Assembly (NCBI RefSeq): GCF_965227665.1
Contig: NZ_OZ245767.1
Location: forward strand, 1,955,638 to 2,019,637
Reading direction: 5' to 3'
Origin: Reyranella sp.
GTDB lineage: Bacteria; Pseudomonadota; Alphaproteobacteria; Reyranellales; Reyranellaceae
Length of the DNA stretch: 64,000 nucleotides
Shown here: positions 38,654-48,656 of the stretch, piece after piece
Numbering within the stretch: the stretch's first letter is position 1
How the letters are laid out: each line of letters begins with the position of its first letter
Program-made: the position numbers and the translations under genes
Notes under the pieces: generated by a model
The model's input: only the letters and a program-made list of their open reading frames with translations
What the model was told of the DNA's origin: nothing
Database searches by the model: none

Positions 38654-39376
38654 TCACCGATACAGGAACGTCCCCAGCAGGACCCAGCGGCCGGCCTTCG
38701 GGGCGCCGACCAGCGGCGTCGTGTAGTGCCAGAAGGGCAGGCGATAGGCGGTGACGGTCGAGGGGCCTGCCACCGAGACGATCTCGCTGAAATGGCCGGC
38801 GCGGCTGTAGACCAGCCACTGGTGCTCGACGCCGGGGGTGCACAGGCTGAGATGCAGGTCGATGTATCCGCCGATCGCCGCCTTGTTCTCGGGATGGTGA
38901 TCGTTGTGCGGGCCGGCATAGTCGCCCGGACCGTAGCGCAGCACCTGCAGGCCCCAGCCCGACTTGAGCCTGCGTCCCGCCAGCGCCTCGGCGAAGGCGC
39001 GGAAACTCTGTGACCGCATCATGCGGGCGAGGCCGATCCGTTCGGCGGCCTTCACACCGGGCTCACGGCGGCTCTCGAAATAGATCGTGCGCGCCCGGCT
39101 GCTCTTGGGCAGCAGTTCGGCATAGTCCTGCTTCATCTCGAAGATCGTGTCGGGCGGGATCGGCCGCTCGATCGCCTCCAGCACGTCCGGCAACTCCGCT
39201 TCGAGCGTTCGCCGCACGCGCGCGACCTTGGCGCGATCCAGCAGGTCCTCGGCCGCCAGGAACCGCGTGCGCGGATTGGCCAGCGCCCCGCACAGCGGAT
39301 GCGTGCCCGCCAGCACGCGCCGGCCGGCGCGGCTCAGCAGGTCCTCGAATTCAGCCGGAATGCCGTTTGATCTCAT
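38654..39376 (-). CDS. hypothetical protein, possibly 2OG-Fe(II) oxygenase-like
   Basis: 240 aa. [14 protein letters not shown] contains an HxD-type motif, followed by beta-rich sequence. Weak assignment. Confidence 0.4.
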   Translation of the reverse strand: MRSNGIPAEFEDLLSRAGRRVLAGTHPLCGALANPRTRFLAAEDLLDRAKVARVRRTLEAELPDVLEAIERPIPPDTIFEMKQDYAELLPKSSRARTIYFESRREPGVKAAERIGLARMMRSQSFRAFAEALAGRRLKSGWGLQVLRYGPGDYAGPHNDHHPENKAAIGGYIDLHLSLCTPGVEHQWLVYSRAGHFSEIVSVAGPSTVTAYRLPFWHYTTPLVGAPKAGRWVLLGTFLYR

Positions 39377-39406
39377 CGGTCAGCCCCTCTAAACGACGTG
39401 CCTAGC

Positions 39407-40924
39407 ATGCCTTACGCCTCGCTTCGCGACTTCATCGACCGGCTGGAGAAGAGCGGCCGTCTCGTGCGCGTCACCGCGCCGGTCTCGCCGAACCTGGAGA
39501 TGACCGAGATCCAGACGCGCCTGCTGGCCGAGAAAGGCCCGGCGGTGCTGTTCGAGAACGTGGTGCGGCCCGACGGCACGCGCTCCGACATCCCGGTGCT
39601 GGTCAACCTGTTCGGCACGGTCGAGAGGGTGGCCTGGGGCATGGACCGCGAGCCCGGCCAGTTGCGCGCCGTGGGCGAGACGCTGGCTTTCCTGCGCCAG
39701 CCCGAGCCGCCGGGCGGATGGCGCGAGGCGCTCGAGATGCTGCCGATGGTGCGCACCGTCATGGCGATGAAGCCGAAGACGGTGAGTTCCGCGCCCTGCC
39801 AGGAGATCGTCCTCACCGGCGACGACATCGACCTCGGGAAACTGCCGATCCAGACCTGCTGGCCGGGCGAGCCCGCGCCGCTCATCACCTGGCCGCTGGT
39901 GGTGACGCAGGGACCCAACCCGAAAGGCGACAAGCAGGACAGTTTCAACCTCGGCATCTACCGCATGCAGGTGACGGGCAAGAACACGACGCTGATGCGC
40001 TGGCTGAAGCATCGCGGCGGCGCTCAGCATCACCAGCGCTGGCATAAGTCAGGCAAGCGCGAGCCGCTGCCGGCCGCCGTCGTGATCGGCGCCGATCCCG
40101 GCACCATCCTGGCCGCCGTGACGCCGGTGCCCGACACCTTGTCCGAGTATCAATTCGCCGGGCTCCTGCGCGGCAAGAAGGTCGAGTTGGTCGCGTGCAA
40201 GACCGTGCCGCTCAAGGTGCCGGCCGAGGCCGAGATTGTGCTCGAGGGCCATGTCAGCCTCGACGACTATGGCGACGAAGGCCCCTACGGCGACCATACC
40301 GGCTACTACAACAGCGTCGAGCCATTCCCCGTCTTCACGATCAGCGCCATCACCATGCGGCGCAAGCCGATCTACCTCTCGACCTTCACCGGCCGCCCGC
40401 CCGACGAGCCCAGCGTGCTGGGCGAGGCGCTGAACGAGGTGTTCATTCCCCTCTTCCAGCAGCAGTTCCCCGAGATCGTCGACTTCTGGCTGCCGCCCGA
40501 GGGCTGCTCCTATCGCATCGCCGTGGTGTCGATGAAGAAGGCCTATGCCGGCCACGCCAAGCGCGTGATGATGGGCGTGTGGAGCTATCTGCGGCAGTTC
40601 ATGTACACCAAGTGGGTGATCGTGGTGGACGCCGACATCGACGCCCGCAACTGGAAGGACGTGATGTGGGCGCTGTCGACCCGCATGGACCCGGCGCGCG
40701 ACATCACGGTGATCGAGAACACGCCGATCGACTATCTCGACTTCGCGAGCCCCGTCTCCGGCCTCGGCTCCAAGATCGGCCTCGATGCGACCGACAAGTT
40801 CCCGGGCGAGAGCAATCGCGAATGGGGGCGCCAGATCCGCATGGACGACGCGGTGATCGAAAAGGTCGATGCGATGTGGAGCAAGCTCGGCCTGCCGGGA
40901 TCCGGCAGGAAGATCTGGCGTTGA
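39407..40924 (+). CDS. ubiD: UbiD-family decarboxylase (4-hydroxy-3-polyprenylbenzoate decarboxylase)
   Basis: [50 protein letters not shown] prefer ATG 39407 over GTG 39398. Confidence 0.9.
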   Translation: MPYASLRDFIDRLEKSGRLVRVTAPVSPNLEMTEIQTRLLAEKGPAVLFENVVRPDGTRSDIPVLVNLFGTVERVAWGMDREPGQLRAVGETLAFLRQPEPPGGWREALEMLPMVRTVMAMKPKTVSSAPCQEIVLTGDDIDLGKLPIQTCWPGEPAPLITWPLVVTQGPNPKGDKQDSFNLGIYRMQVTGKNTTLMRWLKHRGGAQHHQRWHKSGKREPLPAAVVIGADPGTILAAVTPVPDTLSEYQFAGLLRGKKVELVACKTVPLKVPAEAEIVLEGHVSLDDYGDEGPYGDHTGYYNSVEPFPVFTISAITMRRKPIYLSTFTGRPPDEPSVLGEALNEVFIPLFQQQFPEIVDFWLPPEGCSYRIAVVSMKKAYAGHAKRVMMGVWSYLRQFMYTKWVIVVDADIDARNWKDVMWALSTRMDPARDITVIENTPIDYLDFASPVSGLGSKIGLDATDKFPGESNREWGRQIRMDDAVIEKVDAMWSKLGLPGSGRKIWR

Positions 40925-40952
40925 GTAGAGGGCATCAACAGGGACGAGACGG

Positions 40953-41531
40953 ATGGACGACTTCGACAATCTCGAGAATGCAACGGTCGATGACCTCAAG
41001 GCCATCGCCAAGGGCCAGGCCGAGATCGCCAGCAAGGTCGGCGATCACCTGATCGCGCATCTCAGCCTGCTGAAGGGCGATTTCGGCGGTTTTCCGATCG
41101 ACCGCTACGACCACTGCCTGCAAGCCGCGACGCGCGCCCATAACGACAAGCGCAGCGCCGAGTACGTCGTCTGCGCGCTGTTCCACGACATCGGCGACAC
41201 GCTGGCGCCGTACAATCATGGCGAAGTGGTTGCCGAGATGCTGCGACCCTTCATCGACGAACGGAACTATTTCATGGTGCAGCGCCACGGCGTGTTCCAG
41301 GGCTACTACTTCTGGGGCAAGCTCGGCCTCGATCGCAATGCGCGCGACAAGTACAAGGACAGCCCGTACTTCAACGATACGGTCGAGTTCTGCGAGAAGT
41401 ACGACAGCCCGTCCTTCGACAAGAACTATCCCAACCTTCCGATCGAAGCCTTCCGCCCGCTCATCGACGAGGTGCTGAAGTCCCCGAAACAGGCATCCGT
41501 CTATTCGGCGATCTTCGCGAAGACGAAATAG
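40953..41531 (+). CDS. HD domain-containing protein
   Basis: HCLQAATRA...ALFHDIGD gives an H...HD metal-binding signature. 192 aa. Confidence 0.65.
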   Translation: MDDFDNLENATVDDLKAIAKGQAEIASKVGDHLIAHLSLLKGDFGGFPIDRYDHCLQAATRAHNDKRSAEYVVCALFHDIGDTLAPYNHGEVVAEMLRPFIDERNYFMVQRHGVFQGYYFWGKLGLDRNARDKYKDSPYFNDTVEFCEKYDSPSFDKNYPNLPIEAFRPLIDEVLKSPKQASVYSAIFAKTK

Positions 41532-41635
41532 CTCGACCCACCCGCGGCTCCGCGGGGGAGTAGCGCATCTCCACGCACTCCCTGTGACAGGAGCCGTACT
41601 GCCCTTGCCGCGTTGAGGCTCGTAGAAAAGTCTCA

Positions 41636-43078
41636 ATGCGCGTCCAAGGGACCTGCGTGCCGCCCGCCCCCAACAAGCTCCTCGAAGGTCCGATCCTCCG
41701 CTCCCTGCTGACGCTCGCCGTGCCGATCGTGACGGCGAACGTGCTGCAGTCGGCCTACCAGATCATCGATGCCTTCTGGGTCGGGCGGCTGGGCGGAGCC
41801 GCGGTGGCCGCGGTGTCGATCAGCTTCCCCGTTCTGTTCCTCACCTTTGCCATCGGCTCCGGCCTGTCGCTCGCCGGATCGACCCTGATCGCGCAGTATG
41901 TCGGCGCGCGTAACGACAAGATGGTGGCGCACGTCGCGGGCCAGACGCTGCTGATGGTGATCCTGGTCTCGGTGGTGCTGGGCACGATCGGCTATTTCTG
42001 CTCGCCGGCGCTGCTGCGTCTGATGGGCGTCGGGCCCGACGTCTATCCCGGCGCGCTGGGCTTCATGCGCGTGTCGTTCGTGGGCATCGTTTTCAATTTC
42101 ACCTTCTTCGTGTTCCAGGCGATCATGCGCGGCATCGGCCGGCCGACCCTGCCGGTCTATATCGTGCTGGGCACGGTGTTCCTGAACTTCGTGCTCGACC
42201 CGCTGCTGATCTTCGGCTGGGGCCCCGTGCCGGGCTACGGCGTGATGGGCGCCGCCATCGCCACGCTGGTTACCCAGGCGATCGCCGCCATCATCGGCAT
42301 CGCCGTCCTCCGCCTGGGCCTGCACGGCATCCATGTGCGGCGACGCGACTTCATTCCCGACTTCGGCTACGTGAAGCGCGCCTTCTTCCTAGGCCTCCCC
42401 GCCTCCGTCGAACTCTCGGCGCGGGCGCTGGGCCTGATGGTGATGACGTTTCTGATTGCCAGCTTCGGCACGCTGACGCTGGCGGCCTACGGTGTCGGCT
42501 CGAACATCCTGCAGGTCGTGATGGTGCCGGCGATGGGCCTGTCGATGGCGATCTCGACCCTGGTCGGCCAGAACATCGGCGCCGGCAACATAGAGCGCGC
42601 GGCGCAGATCGGGCGCCTGGGCGGGCTGCTCGGGTTCGCGAGCCTCTCCTTCTTCGGCATCATCGTCTTCCTGTTCGCGCCCCAGCTCGTTTCCGTCTTC
42701 GTGCCGGGGGACGCCGCCGTGATCGAAGCCGGCGCGGGCTTCCTGCGCATCATGTCGCTGGCCTGGGGCTTCCTCGGCCTGCAGTTCGCGCTGACGGGCG
42801 TGTTCCGCGCCTCGGGCAACATGGTCCTGACGATGGTGCTGACTCTCGTATCGCAATGGGTCGTGCAGTTTCCGCTCGCCTACGTGCTCTCCAAGCACAC
42901 GGACCTGCACGAGCAGGGAATCTGGTGGGCGTTGCCGGTCTCCAACATCGTCACGGCGCTGATCACCCTGTGCCTCTACGCCAAGGGCGACTGGAAGAAG
43001 AAGCGCCTGATCGAGCCGGAAGAGGAACTTGCCGGCAAGGTGACCGAAGACATCCTGGTTGGCGAGGTATCGCGCTAG
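41636..43078 (+). CDS. MATE family efflux transporter
   Basis: 480 aa, 12 TM segments, with the N-terminal MATE signature LTLAVPIVTANVLQSAYQIIDAFWVGRLG. Confidence 0.85.
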   Translation: MRVQGTCVPPAPNKLLEGPILRSLLTLAVPIVTANVLQSAYQIIDAFWVGRLGGAAVAAVSISFPVLFLTFAIGSGLSLAGSTLIAQYVGARNDKMVAHVAGQTLLMVILVSVVLGTIGYFCSPALLRLMGVGPDVYPGALGFMRVSFVGIVFNFTFFVFQAIMRGIGRPTLPVYIVLGTVFLNFVLDPLLIFGWGPVPGYGVMGAAIATLVTQAIAAIIGIAVLRLGLHGIHVRRRDFIPDFGYVKRAFFLGLPASVELSARALGLMVMTFLIASFGTLTLAAYGVGSNILQVVMVPAMGLSMAISTLVGQNIGAGNIERAAQIGRLGGLLGFASLSFFGIIVFLFAPQLVSVFVPGDAAVIEAGAGFLRIMSLAWGFLGLQFALTGVFRASGNMVLTMVLTLVSQWVVQFPLAYVLSKHTDLHEQGIWWALPVSNIVTALITLCLYAKGDWKKKRLIEPEEELAGKVTEDILVGEVSR

Positions 43079-43101
43079 TTCCTGTTGCGGTGGCCCGGAT
43101 T

Positions 43102-43121
43102 AATGTAAAGTTCCTTAACAT
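43102..43121. promoter_or_regulatory. 20-bp operator-like motif AATGTAAAGTTCCTTAACAT overlapping the TetR start codon
   Basis: Imperfect dyad (ATGTwAAG...CTTwACAT). A near-identical 20-mer lies at 43800..43819. Confidence 0.5.
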
Positions 43122-43758
43122 GAGCTGGAAGCGCACCGACCGTGAGGAGCGGAAGTATCACCACGGCAGTCTGCGCGAGGCGCTGATCAAGGCTGCCCGC
43201 GAACTCATCAAGGAAAAGGGCCCGGCGGGCTTCACCTTTGCCGATGCCGCGCGCTCCGCCGGCGTGAGCCCGGCTGCGCCCTACCGCCATTTCCGTGACC
43301 GCGACGCGCTGATGGCGGACGTGGCGCGCGAGGGCTTCGAGCGTTTCGCCGCGATGCTTGCGAGCGGCTGGGCCAACGGCAAACCCGATCCCGTCACGGC
43401 CTTCCACAATATCGGCAAGGCCTACCTCACCTTCGCGCGGTCGGAGCCCGCCTACTACGCCGCCATGTTCGAATCGGGCATTTCCCCCGACACGAATCCC
43501 GAGCTGCGCACCGCCTCGGAACGGGCCTTCGCCGTGCTGCGCGCCGCGGCCGATCAACTGGTCGTCCTTCTCCCGGCCGCCACGCGCCCGCCCGCCCTGA
43601 TGATGAGCCTGCACATCTGGTCGATGTCGCACGGCATCGCCTCCCTGTTCGGGCGCGGCGATTCCGGCCGGCGGCCGCTGCCCATGACGGCCGAGGAACT
43701 GCTCGAATCCGAAGTGCTCATCTACCTGCAGGGCCTGGGCTTTCCTTCGGCGCGCTGA
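43120..43758 (+). CDS. TetR/AcrR family transcriptional regulator
   Basis: HHGSLREALIKAARELIKEKGPAGFTFADAARSAGVSPAAPYRHFRDRDAL is a TetR HTH. Confidence 0.85.
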   Translation: MSWKRTDREERKYHHGSLREALIKAARELIKEKGPAGFTFADAARSAGVSPAAPYRHFRDRDALMADVAREGFERFAAMLASGWANGKPDPVTAFHNIGKAYLTFARSEPAYYAAMFESGISPDTNPELRTASERAFAVLRAAADQLVVLLPAATRPPALMMSLHIWSMSHGIASLFGRGDSGRRPLPMTAEELLESEVLIYLQGLGFPSAR

Positions 43759-43799
43759 AAGTTTTTGCCGAGGCCTTGACTCACCGGGCTGCCAACCCC

Positions 43800-43819
43800 A
43801 ATGTAAATGTCGTTAACAT
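43800..43819. promoter_or_regulatory. second copy of the operator-like motif, AATGTAAATGTCGTTAACAT
   Basis: Shares AATGTAAA..T[C/G]..TTAACAT with 43102..43121. An extra half-site, CGTTAACAT, sits at 43825..43833. It lies 36 nt upstream of the DUF2852 start. Confidence 0.5.
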
Positions 43820-43854
43820 TCACATCGTTAACATCAGCAAAAGGGGGCTCCCAC

Positions 43855-44280
43855 ATGGGCCTGATCGAAAAAATAGACGACCTCGGCAAGCCGGCGTGGA
43901 TTGCGCTCATGGTGCTGAGCTTCATCCTGTTCTGGCCCGTCGGCCTGGCCCTTCTCATCTATCTCAAAGGGAGTGGACGCATGTTTTGCTCGAAGCGCTA
44001 CGGTCACTGGAACATGCCCGATGGCCGCTCGTGCCGTGAGGAATTCCGCGGCTGGAAGCGGCGCTCCGGCTGGGGCCGCTCGAGCAGCAGCGGCAACGTC
44101 GCCTTCGACGAGTATCGCGAGGAGACGATCAACCGCCTCGATCAGGAGCAGCGCGAGTTCCGCGACTTCCTCGACAAGCTGCGCGCCGCCAAGGATCGCG
44201 CCGAGTTCGACCAGTTCATGGCCGAACGACGCAATCGCCCGGCCGCCAGCGAGCCGCCACCGGCGCCCAGCGCCGCCTGA
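43855..44280 (+). CDS. DUF2852-like small membrane protein
   Basis: An N-terminal TM segment (WIALMVLSFILFWPVGLALLIYL) is followed by NVAFDEYREETINRLDQEQREFRDFLDKLRAAKDRAEFDQFM. Confidence 0.6.
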   Translation: MGLIEKIDDLGKPAWIALMVLSFILFWPVGLALLIYLKGSGRMFCSKRYGHWNMPDGRSCREEFRGWKRRSGWGRSSSSGNVAFDEYREETINRLDQEQREFRDFLDKLRAAKDRAEFDQFMAERRNRPAASEPPPAPSAA

Positions 44281-44307
44281 CACTTCGGAGGCAGATATTC
44301 CACGACG

Positions 44308-44335
44308 CGCCCGCGGCTCACGCCGCGGGCGTTTT
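44308..44335 (+). terminator. rho-independent terminator
   Basis: CGCCCGCGGC tcac GCCGCGGGCG is a 10-bp perfect stem with a 4-nt loop, followed by TTTT. It starts 28 nt after the DUF2852 stop. Confidence 0.75.
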
Positions 44336-44337
44336 CG

Positions 44338-45042
44338 TCAGTGATCGAGTTTCATCGGCAGACGTTCGGCCTCGGCGCGCCGGGAAAGGTCGGAAAGGAT
44401 CGCGAAGGCGTAGCGCGCGCATCTTTCCACGGTGCGCTCCTCGGGCGGCACCCGGCCCCAGGCGGAAATGTCGACGGCAGGAGCCTTCCAGGTTGCAGCG
44501 TTCAGGTCCGCGAGCTGGCGGCGCAGCGTGGCCACCGAGCCCATCACCACACGGCTCCCCGCGACATCCTCCCCTTCGAACGTGATCTCGAAGGCGACCG
44601 GGAGCCACAGCTCCACATTCCGTACGAGATGCGAATAGCGCGACCGGAAACCCTCGGCGGTGGAGCGGGCGAGCGCGATGTCGTCGTCCCAATCTTCCGC
44701 CAGGACGGCAGGCATGCGCAGGGATGGATTCTCGGCGTAGGCGGCCCACAGCACCAGGGAGCCGAATCCGTCCCAGCCCGGCCGAGCAGTGAACCAAGCC
44801 GCGGCTTCGCTCTCGTCCCAGTCGAGCGGAATCTCGATCCGTTCGCCGAGCGCCTTTGCCAGCATCGCGCGCCAGGCGAGCACCTTGGGGCGAATTCGAT
44901 CCTGGCTCCGGGCGGTGCCGGTCGCTTTACCGGCTCCAGCCGGACGCGGCGCTCCGCGTTTGCGCGCCGCGGTTTCGGCCACGCTTTCCCAGGCACCCGC
45001 ATAATAGCGCGTGAGCGGCCCCACATAGACGTCTAGGGCCAT
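44338..45042 (-). CDS. hypothetical protein
   Basis: 234-aa ORF with coding-like composition. No motif recognised. Confidence 0.5.
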   Translation of the reverse strand: MALDVYVGPLTRYYAGAWESVAETAARKRGAPRPAGAGKATGTARSQDRIRPKVLAWRAMLAKALGERIEIPLDWDESEAAAWFTARPGWDGFGSLVLWAAYAENPSLRMPAVLAEDWDDDIALARSTAEGFRSRYSHLVRNVELWLPVAFEITFEGEDVAGSRVVMGSVATLRRQLADLNAATWKAPAVDISAWGRVPPEERTVERCARYAFAILSDLSRRAEAERLPMKLDH

Positions 45043-45190
45043 GAAAGACTCGGTCCCTTCGGTTCGATTTCTGACTGGCGGTCGCTTCTTGCACCTTCGC
45101 TACACGTACAATCGGAACGAGCAGATGCGCAATCGCGAATCGCCGGCCAGGCCTCGGTTTTCGCGCGGACCGATCAGACCACGTCGGCTG

Positions 45191-46183
45191 CTACTGCGGC
45201 TCGAGGTTCAAGCCCTTCACCAGCTCGATCCAGATCGGCCCCTCCTCGGCGACGATCTTCTCGAAGAAGACGTGATCGCGCGCCGCATTGTCGATGCCGA
45301 AGGTGGCGAGGATCTTCTGGATGCGCTCGCTCTTGCCGCCTTCGACCATGAGGTCCGAGAGTTTCTGCACGATCTCCTTCGGCATGCCGGCGGGACCCAC
45401 CAGCCCGATCCAGCCCTGCACCTGGAAGGCCTTGTCGGTGACGCCCTGCTCGAAGAAGGTCGGCACGTCAGGCAGCTTGGCCATCCGCTTCATGGTCGGC
45501 ACGGCGATCGGCCGGCCGTTACCCGACTGCAGCACCCCGGAGGCGGCGGCGACGCTGCCGCTGCCGCCCTGGACCGCGCCGGAGGCCACGTCCTGCCACA
45601 TAGGCGCCTCGCCGCGGTAGTGCACGGCCTCCATGCCGAGCTTGTAATGGCGGTTCAGCGCCTCGACGACGACGTGGCTGTAAGAACCGGCGCCATAAGT
45701 GCCGAGGCTGGTCTTGTTGGCGCGCGCATGGTCGGCGAGCTCGGCCAGGTTCTTCACCGGCAGCTTGCTGTTCACGATCAGCGGCAGATGCCCCGCATCC
45801 ATCCACGAGATCAGGACGAAGTCCTTGTCCGGATCGTAGGGCAGTTTCTTGAACAGGACCTTGTTCATGATCATCGTCGTGGAGATCGTCCACATCAGCG
45901 TGTAGCCGTCGGGCGCAGCGGCCTTCACCTGCTCGGCCGCGATCGCGCCGCTGGCGCCGGTCTTGTTCTCGACAGACACCGGCTGACCGGTTTTCTGGGA
46001 GATGTACTCGCCATAGGCACGGGCGAAGGTGTCGGTCAGACCGCCCGCCGGGTAACCGCAGATGATGCGGATGGGTTTGTTGGGCCAGGCTCCCTGGGAA
46101 ATCGCGGGAGCCGGCAGAGCAGCGGCAACGGCAGCGGCCGAGCCATAACGCAGCACATCACGTCGCGACGCACGCACGATCAT
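45191..46183 (-). CDS. Bug-family (TctC-like) tripartite tricarboxylate transporter substrate-binding protein
   Basis: Tat-like leader RRDVLRYGSAAAVAAALPAPAIS, then PNKPIRIICGYPAGGLTDTFAR and VENKTGASG. Confidence 0.85.
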   Translation of the reverse strand: MIVRASRRDVLRYGSAAAVAAALPAPAISQGAWPNKPIRIICGYPAGGLTDTFARAYGEYISQKTGQPVSVENKTGASGAIAAEQVKAAAPDGYTLMWTISTTMIMNKVLFKKLPYDPDKDFVLISWMDAGHLPLIVNSKLPVKNLAELADHARANKTSLGTYGAGSYSHVVVEALNRHYKLGMEAVHYRGEAPMWQDVASGAVQGGSGSVAAASGVLQSGNGRPIAVPTMKRMAKLPDVPTFFEQGVTDKAFQVQGWIGLVGPAGMPKEIVQKLSDLMVEGGKSERIQKILATFGIDNAARDHVFFEKIVAEEGPIWIELVKGLNLEPQ

Positions 46184-46299
46184 CGATTGCCTCCCTGCGG
46201 CGCGGAATTTTTTTGACGGTCAGGCCGTCTCGGGCGCGCCTGGGACGAGCATGGCGGCGATTTCGCAGGGCGTAAAGACCGCACCGCAATGCGGTAGAC

Positions 46300-47289
46300 C
46301 TACTGGGGCTCGATCCCCAGGCTCCTGATGACCTCGATCGAGACCGGGCCCTCCTCGTCGAGGACCTGACGGAAATAGGCGGCGTCCCGCGCACCCTCGT
46401 CGATCGCGAAGGTGTCGTTGATCTTCTGAACCCGTTCGGTCCGGCCGGCCTCGACCATCAGCCTCGAGAGCTTCTGCACCACCTCGGGCGGCGTCCCGGC
46501 CGGGGCGGCGCAGCCGACCCAGCCGCGGATCTGGAACGCCTTTTCCGTCAGCCCCTGCTCGTAGAAGGTCGCGACGTCGGGCAGCTTCTTCATGCGCACC
46601 ATGGTCGGCACCGCAATCGGCTTGACGCTGCCCGCCTGCAGCACCGCCGCGCCCGAGGCATAGCTGCCGGTGGCGCCCTGCACGGCGCCCGAGGCCACGT
46701 CCTGCCACATCGCCGACTCGCCGCGATAGTGCACGGCCTCCATCTGCAGTCCGTAGTGACGGTTCAACGTCTCGGTGACGATATGGGCGAACGAGCCGAT
46801 GCCGTAGGTGGCAAGCGAGACTTTGCGGCCCTTCGCCCAGGCGGCGAATTCCGGAATGTTCCTGACCGGAACATCCTTGTTCACCATCGTCGGCAGGTGC
46901 CCGGTGTTGAACCAGGCGACCAGGGCGAAATCCTTGTCGGGATCGTAGGGCAGCTTTTTGAACAGCGCCTTGTTCTGCACCATCGTCGTGGAATTGGTGA
47001 ACATCAGCGTGTAGCCGTCGGGCGGCGATTGCTTGACGATCTCCGCGCCGATCGCGCCCGCCGCACCGGCCTTGTTCTCGACGATCACCGGGTGGCCGGT
47101 CTTCTCGGCCACGTACTCGCCGTAGGCGCGGGCGAAGATGTCGGTGAGCCCACCTGCCGGATAGGTGCAGACGATCTTGATCGGCCTGGCCGGCCACGCC
47201 TGCGCAATGGCCGGCGCCGGCAGTGACGCCGCAAGCGCCGAGAGTGAGCCGTAGCGCAACAGGTCGCGCCGCGTCGTCCGCAGGATCAT
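46300..47289 (-). CDS. Bug-family (TctC-like) substrate-binding protein, tandem paralog
   Basis: RRDLLRYGSLSALAASLPAPAIA, PARPIKIVCTYPAGGLTDIFAR, VENKAGAAG. Confidence 0.85.
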   Translation of the reverse strand: MILRTTRRDLLRYGSLSALAASLPAPAIAQAWPARPIKIVCTYPAGGLTDIFARAYGEYVAEKTGHPVIVENKAGAAGAIGAEIVKQSPPDGYTLMFTNSTTMVQNKALFKKLPYDPDKDFALVAWFNTGHLPTMVNKDVPVRNIPEFAAWAKGRKVSLATYGIGSFAHIVTETLNRHYGLQMEAVHYRGESAMWQDVASGAVQGATGSYASGAAVLQAGSVKPIAVPTMVRMKKLPDVATFYEQGLTEKAFQIRGWVGCAAPAGTPPEVVQKLSRLMVEAGRTERVQKINDTFAIDEGARDAAYFRQVLDEEGPVSIEVIRSLGIEPQ

Positions 47290-47336
47290 GGTCGCCTCCC
47301 CCTATGGGCGGCGACTCGTTGTGGGACGGCCTGTTG

Positions 47337-48533
47337 TTAGGGGGCCGTCCTGGTCGCGCCCGACTTGAGCATGGCGTCGATCTCGCCCTGCGTAAACCCG
47401 GCCTCCTGCAGGACCTCGACACTATGCTCGCCCAGCCGGGGCTGCAGGCGCGTGATCTCCGGCTTGGTCTTGCTGAAGCGCGGCGGGATGTCGGTCATGC
47501 GCAACTTGCCCTCGGTCGGATGATCGACATGCTTCCAGAAGCCGGTCGCCTCGAGCTGCGGATCGACGAACAGGTCGTCGAGTGTGTTCACCGGCCCGTG
47601 CGGCACGTTGGAGTTCTTCAGCAGCTCCACCCATTCGGCGTTGGTGCGCTCGGCGCACAGGCCGGCCAGGGTCGCGTAGTATTGCTCGACGTTCTTCAGA
47701 CGGTTGGCCATGCCCTGGAACCGCTCGTCCTGCGCGAGGTCCTCGCGGCCGACCAGGGTGCAGAACTCCCGCCAGTGACCGTCGGTGTACGGCAGCAGCG
47801 CGAAGTAGCCGTCCTTCGACGGATAGGGACGGCGCTCCTTGTTGAGCACGCGCTTGTAGCCGGCCGTGTCGAGCGCCGGCTCGAAGGTCTCGCCGTAGAG
47901 ATGCTCGACCATCACGAAGGAGACCAGTGTCTCGTACATCGGCACCTCGACCGACTGGCCCTTGCCGGTGCGCTCGCGCGCGAACAGGGCAGCGAGCAGG
48001 GCCGAGACGACGCCGTTGGAACTCGTCTTGTCGGCCACGATCGTCGGCAGGAAGCGCGGCTGGCCCGCGACCACGGTCTGCAACGCGGCCAGGCCGGAGC
48101 CGGCCTGGATGATGTCGTCATACGCGGCCTTGGCGCCCATCGGACCGGCGGCGCGATAGCCGTAAGTGGCCAGATAGACGAGGCGCGGATTGATCTTCTC
48201 GAAGGCTTCGTATTCGACGCCGAGGCGCTTGGCGGGACCGGGGCGATAATTGTGCATCAGCACATCGGCGGTCTCGGCCAGCTTGAACAGGGCGGCGCGG
48301 CCGGCCTCCTGCTTGAGGTCGAGCACGATCGACCGCTTGGAACGATTGCAGCCGAGATAGAAGGCCGACATGCCGGGATTGCGCGCCGGTCCCAGCACGC
48401 GCGTCGTGTCGCCTTCGGGCGGTTCGATCTTGATGACGTCCGCCCCGAGATCGCCCAATTGCTGCGCCGCCCACGGACCCAGCACGACGGTCGTGCAGTC
48501 GAGAATGCGAACGCCGTCCAACGGACCTGCCAT
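47337..48533 (-). CDS. CaiB/BaiF family (class III) CoA-transferase
   Basis: GPLDGVRILDCTTVVLGPWAAQQLGDLGADVIKIEPPEGD is the typical N-terminus. Confidence 0.85.
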   Translation of the reverse strand: MAGPLDGVRILDCTTVVLGPWAAQQLGDLGADVIKIEPPEGDTTRVLGPARNPGMSAFYLGCNRSKRSIVLDLKQEAGRAALFKLAETADVLMHNYRPGPAKRLGVEYEAFEKINPRLVYLATYGYRAAGPMGAKAAYDDIIQAGSGLAALQTVVAGQPRFLPTIVADKTSSNGVVSALLAALFARERTGKGQSVEVPMYETLVSFVMVEHLYGETFEPALDTAGYKRVLNKERRPYPSKDGYFALLPYTDGHWREFCTLVGREDLAQDERFQGMANRLKNVEQYYATLAGLCAERTNAEWVELLKNSNVPHGPVNTLDDLFVDPQLEATGFWKHVDHPTEGKLRMTDIPPRFSKTKPEITRLQPRLGEHSVEVLQEAGFTQGEIDAMLKSGATRTAP

Positions 48534-48656
48534 CTGATGATTCCTCCGATTATTCGATCCCGCTTACCACAAGTTGGTCACCATCCCAGGGCGAATTCAC
48601 AGGCAACATCCGGCTGGTGCAGGACGTTTCATCCTGCAGCAAAGGAGACCGCAAAA

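Noticed and set aside
41541-41556. Small hairpin CCCGCG-gctc-CGCGGG after the HD-domain gene as a terminator
   Set aside because: It has only a 6-bp stem and no U-tract, which is too weak to call.
47223-48656. First 478 codons of the 579-aa ORF 47223..48962
   Set aside because: This part is antisense to the CoA-transferase gene. Only the last 101 codons (from ATG 48657, with RBS and signal peptide) are kept, as the His-rich small protein.
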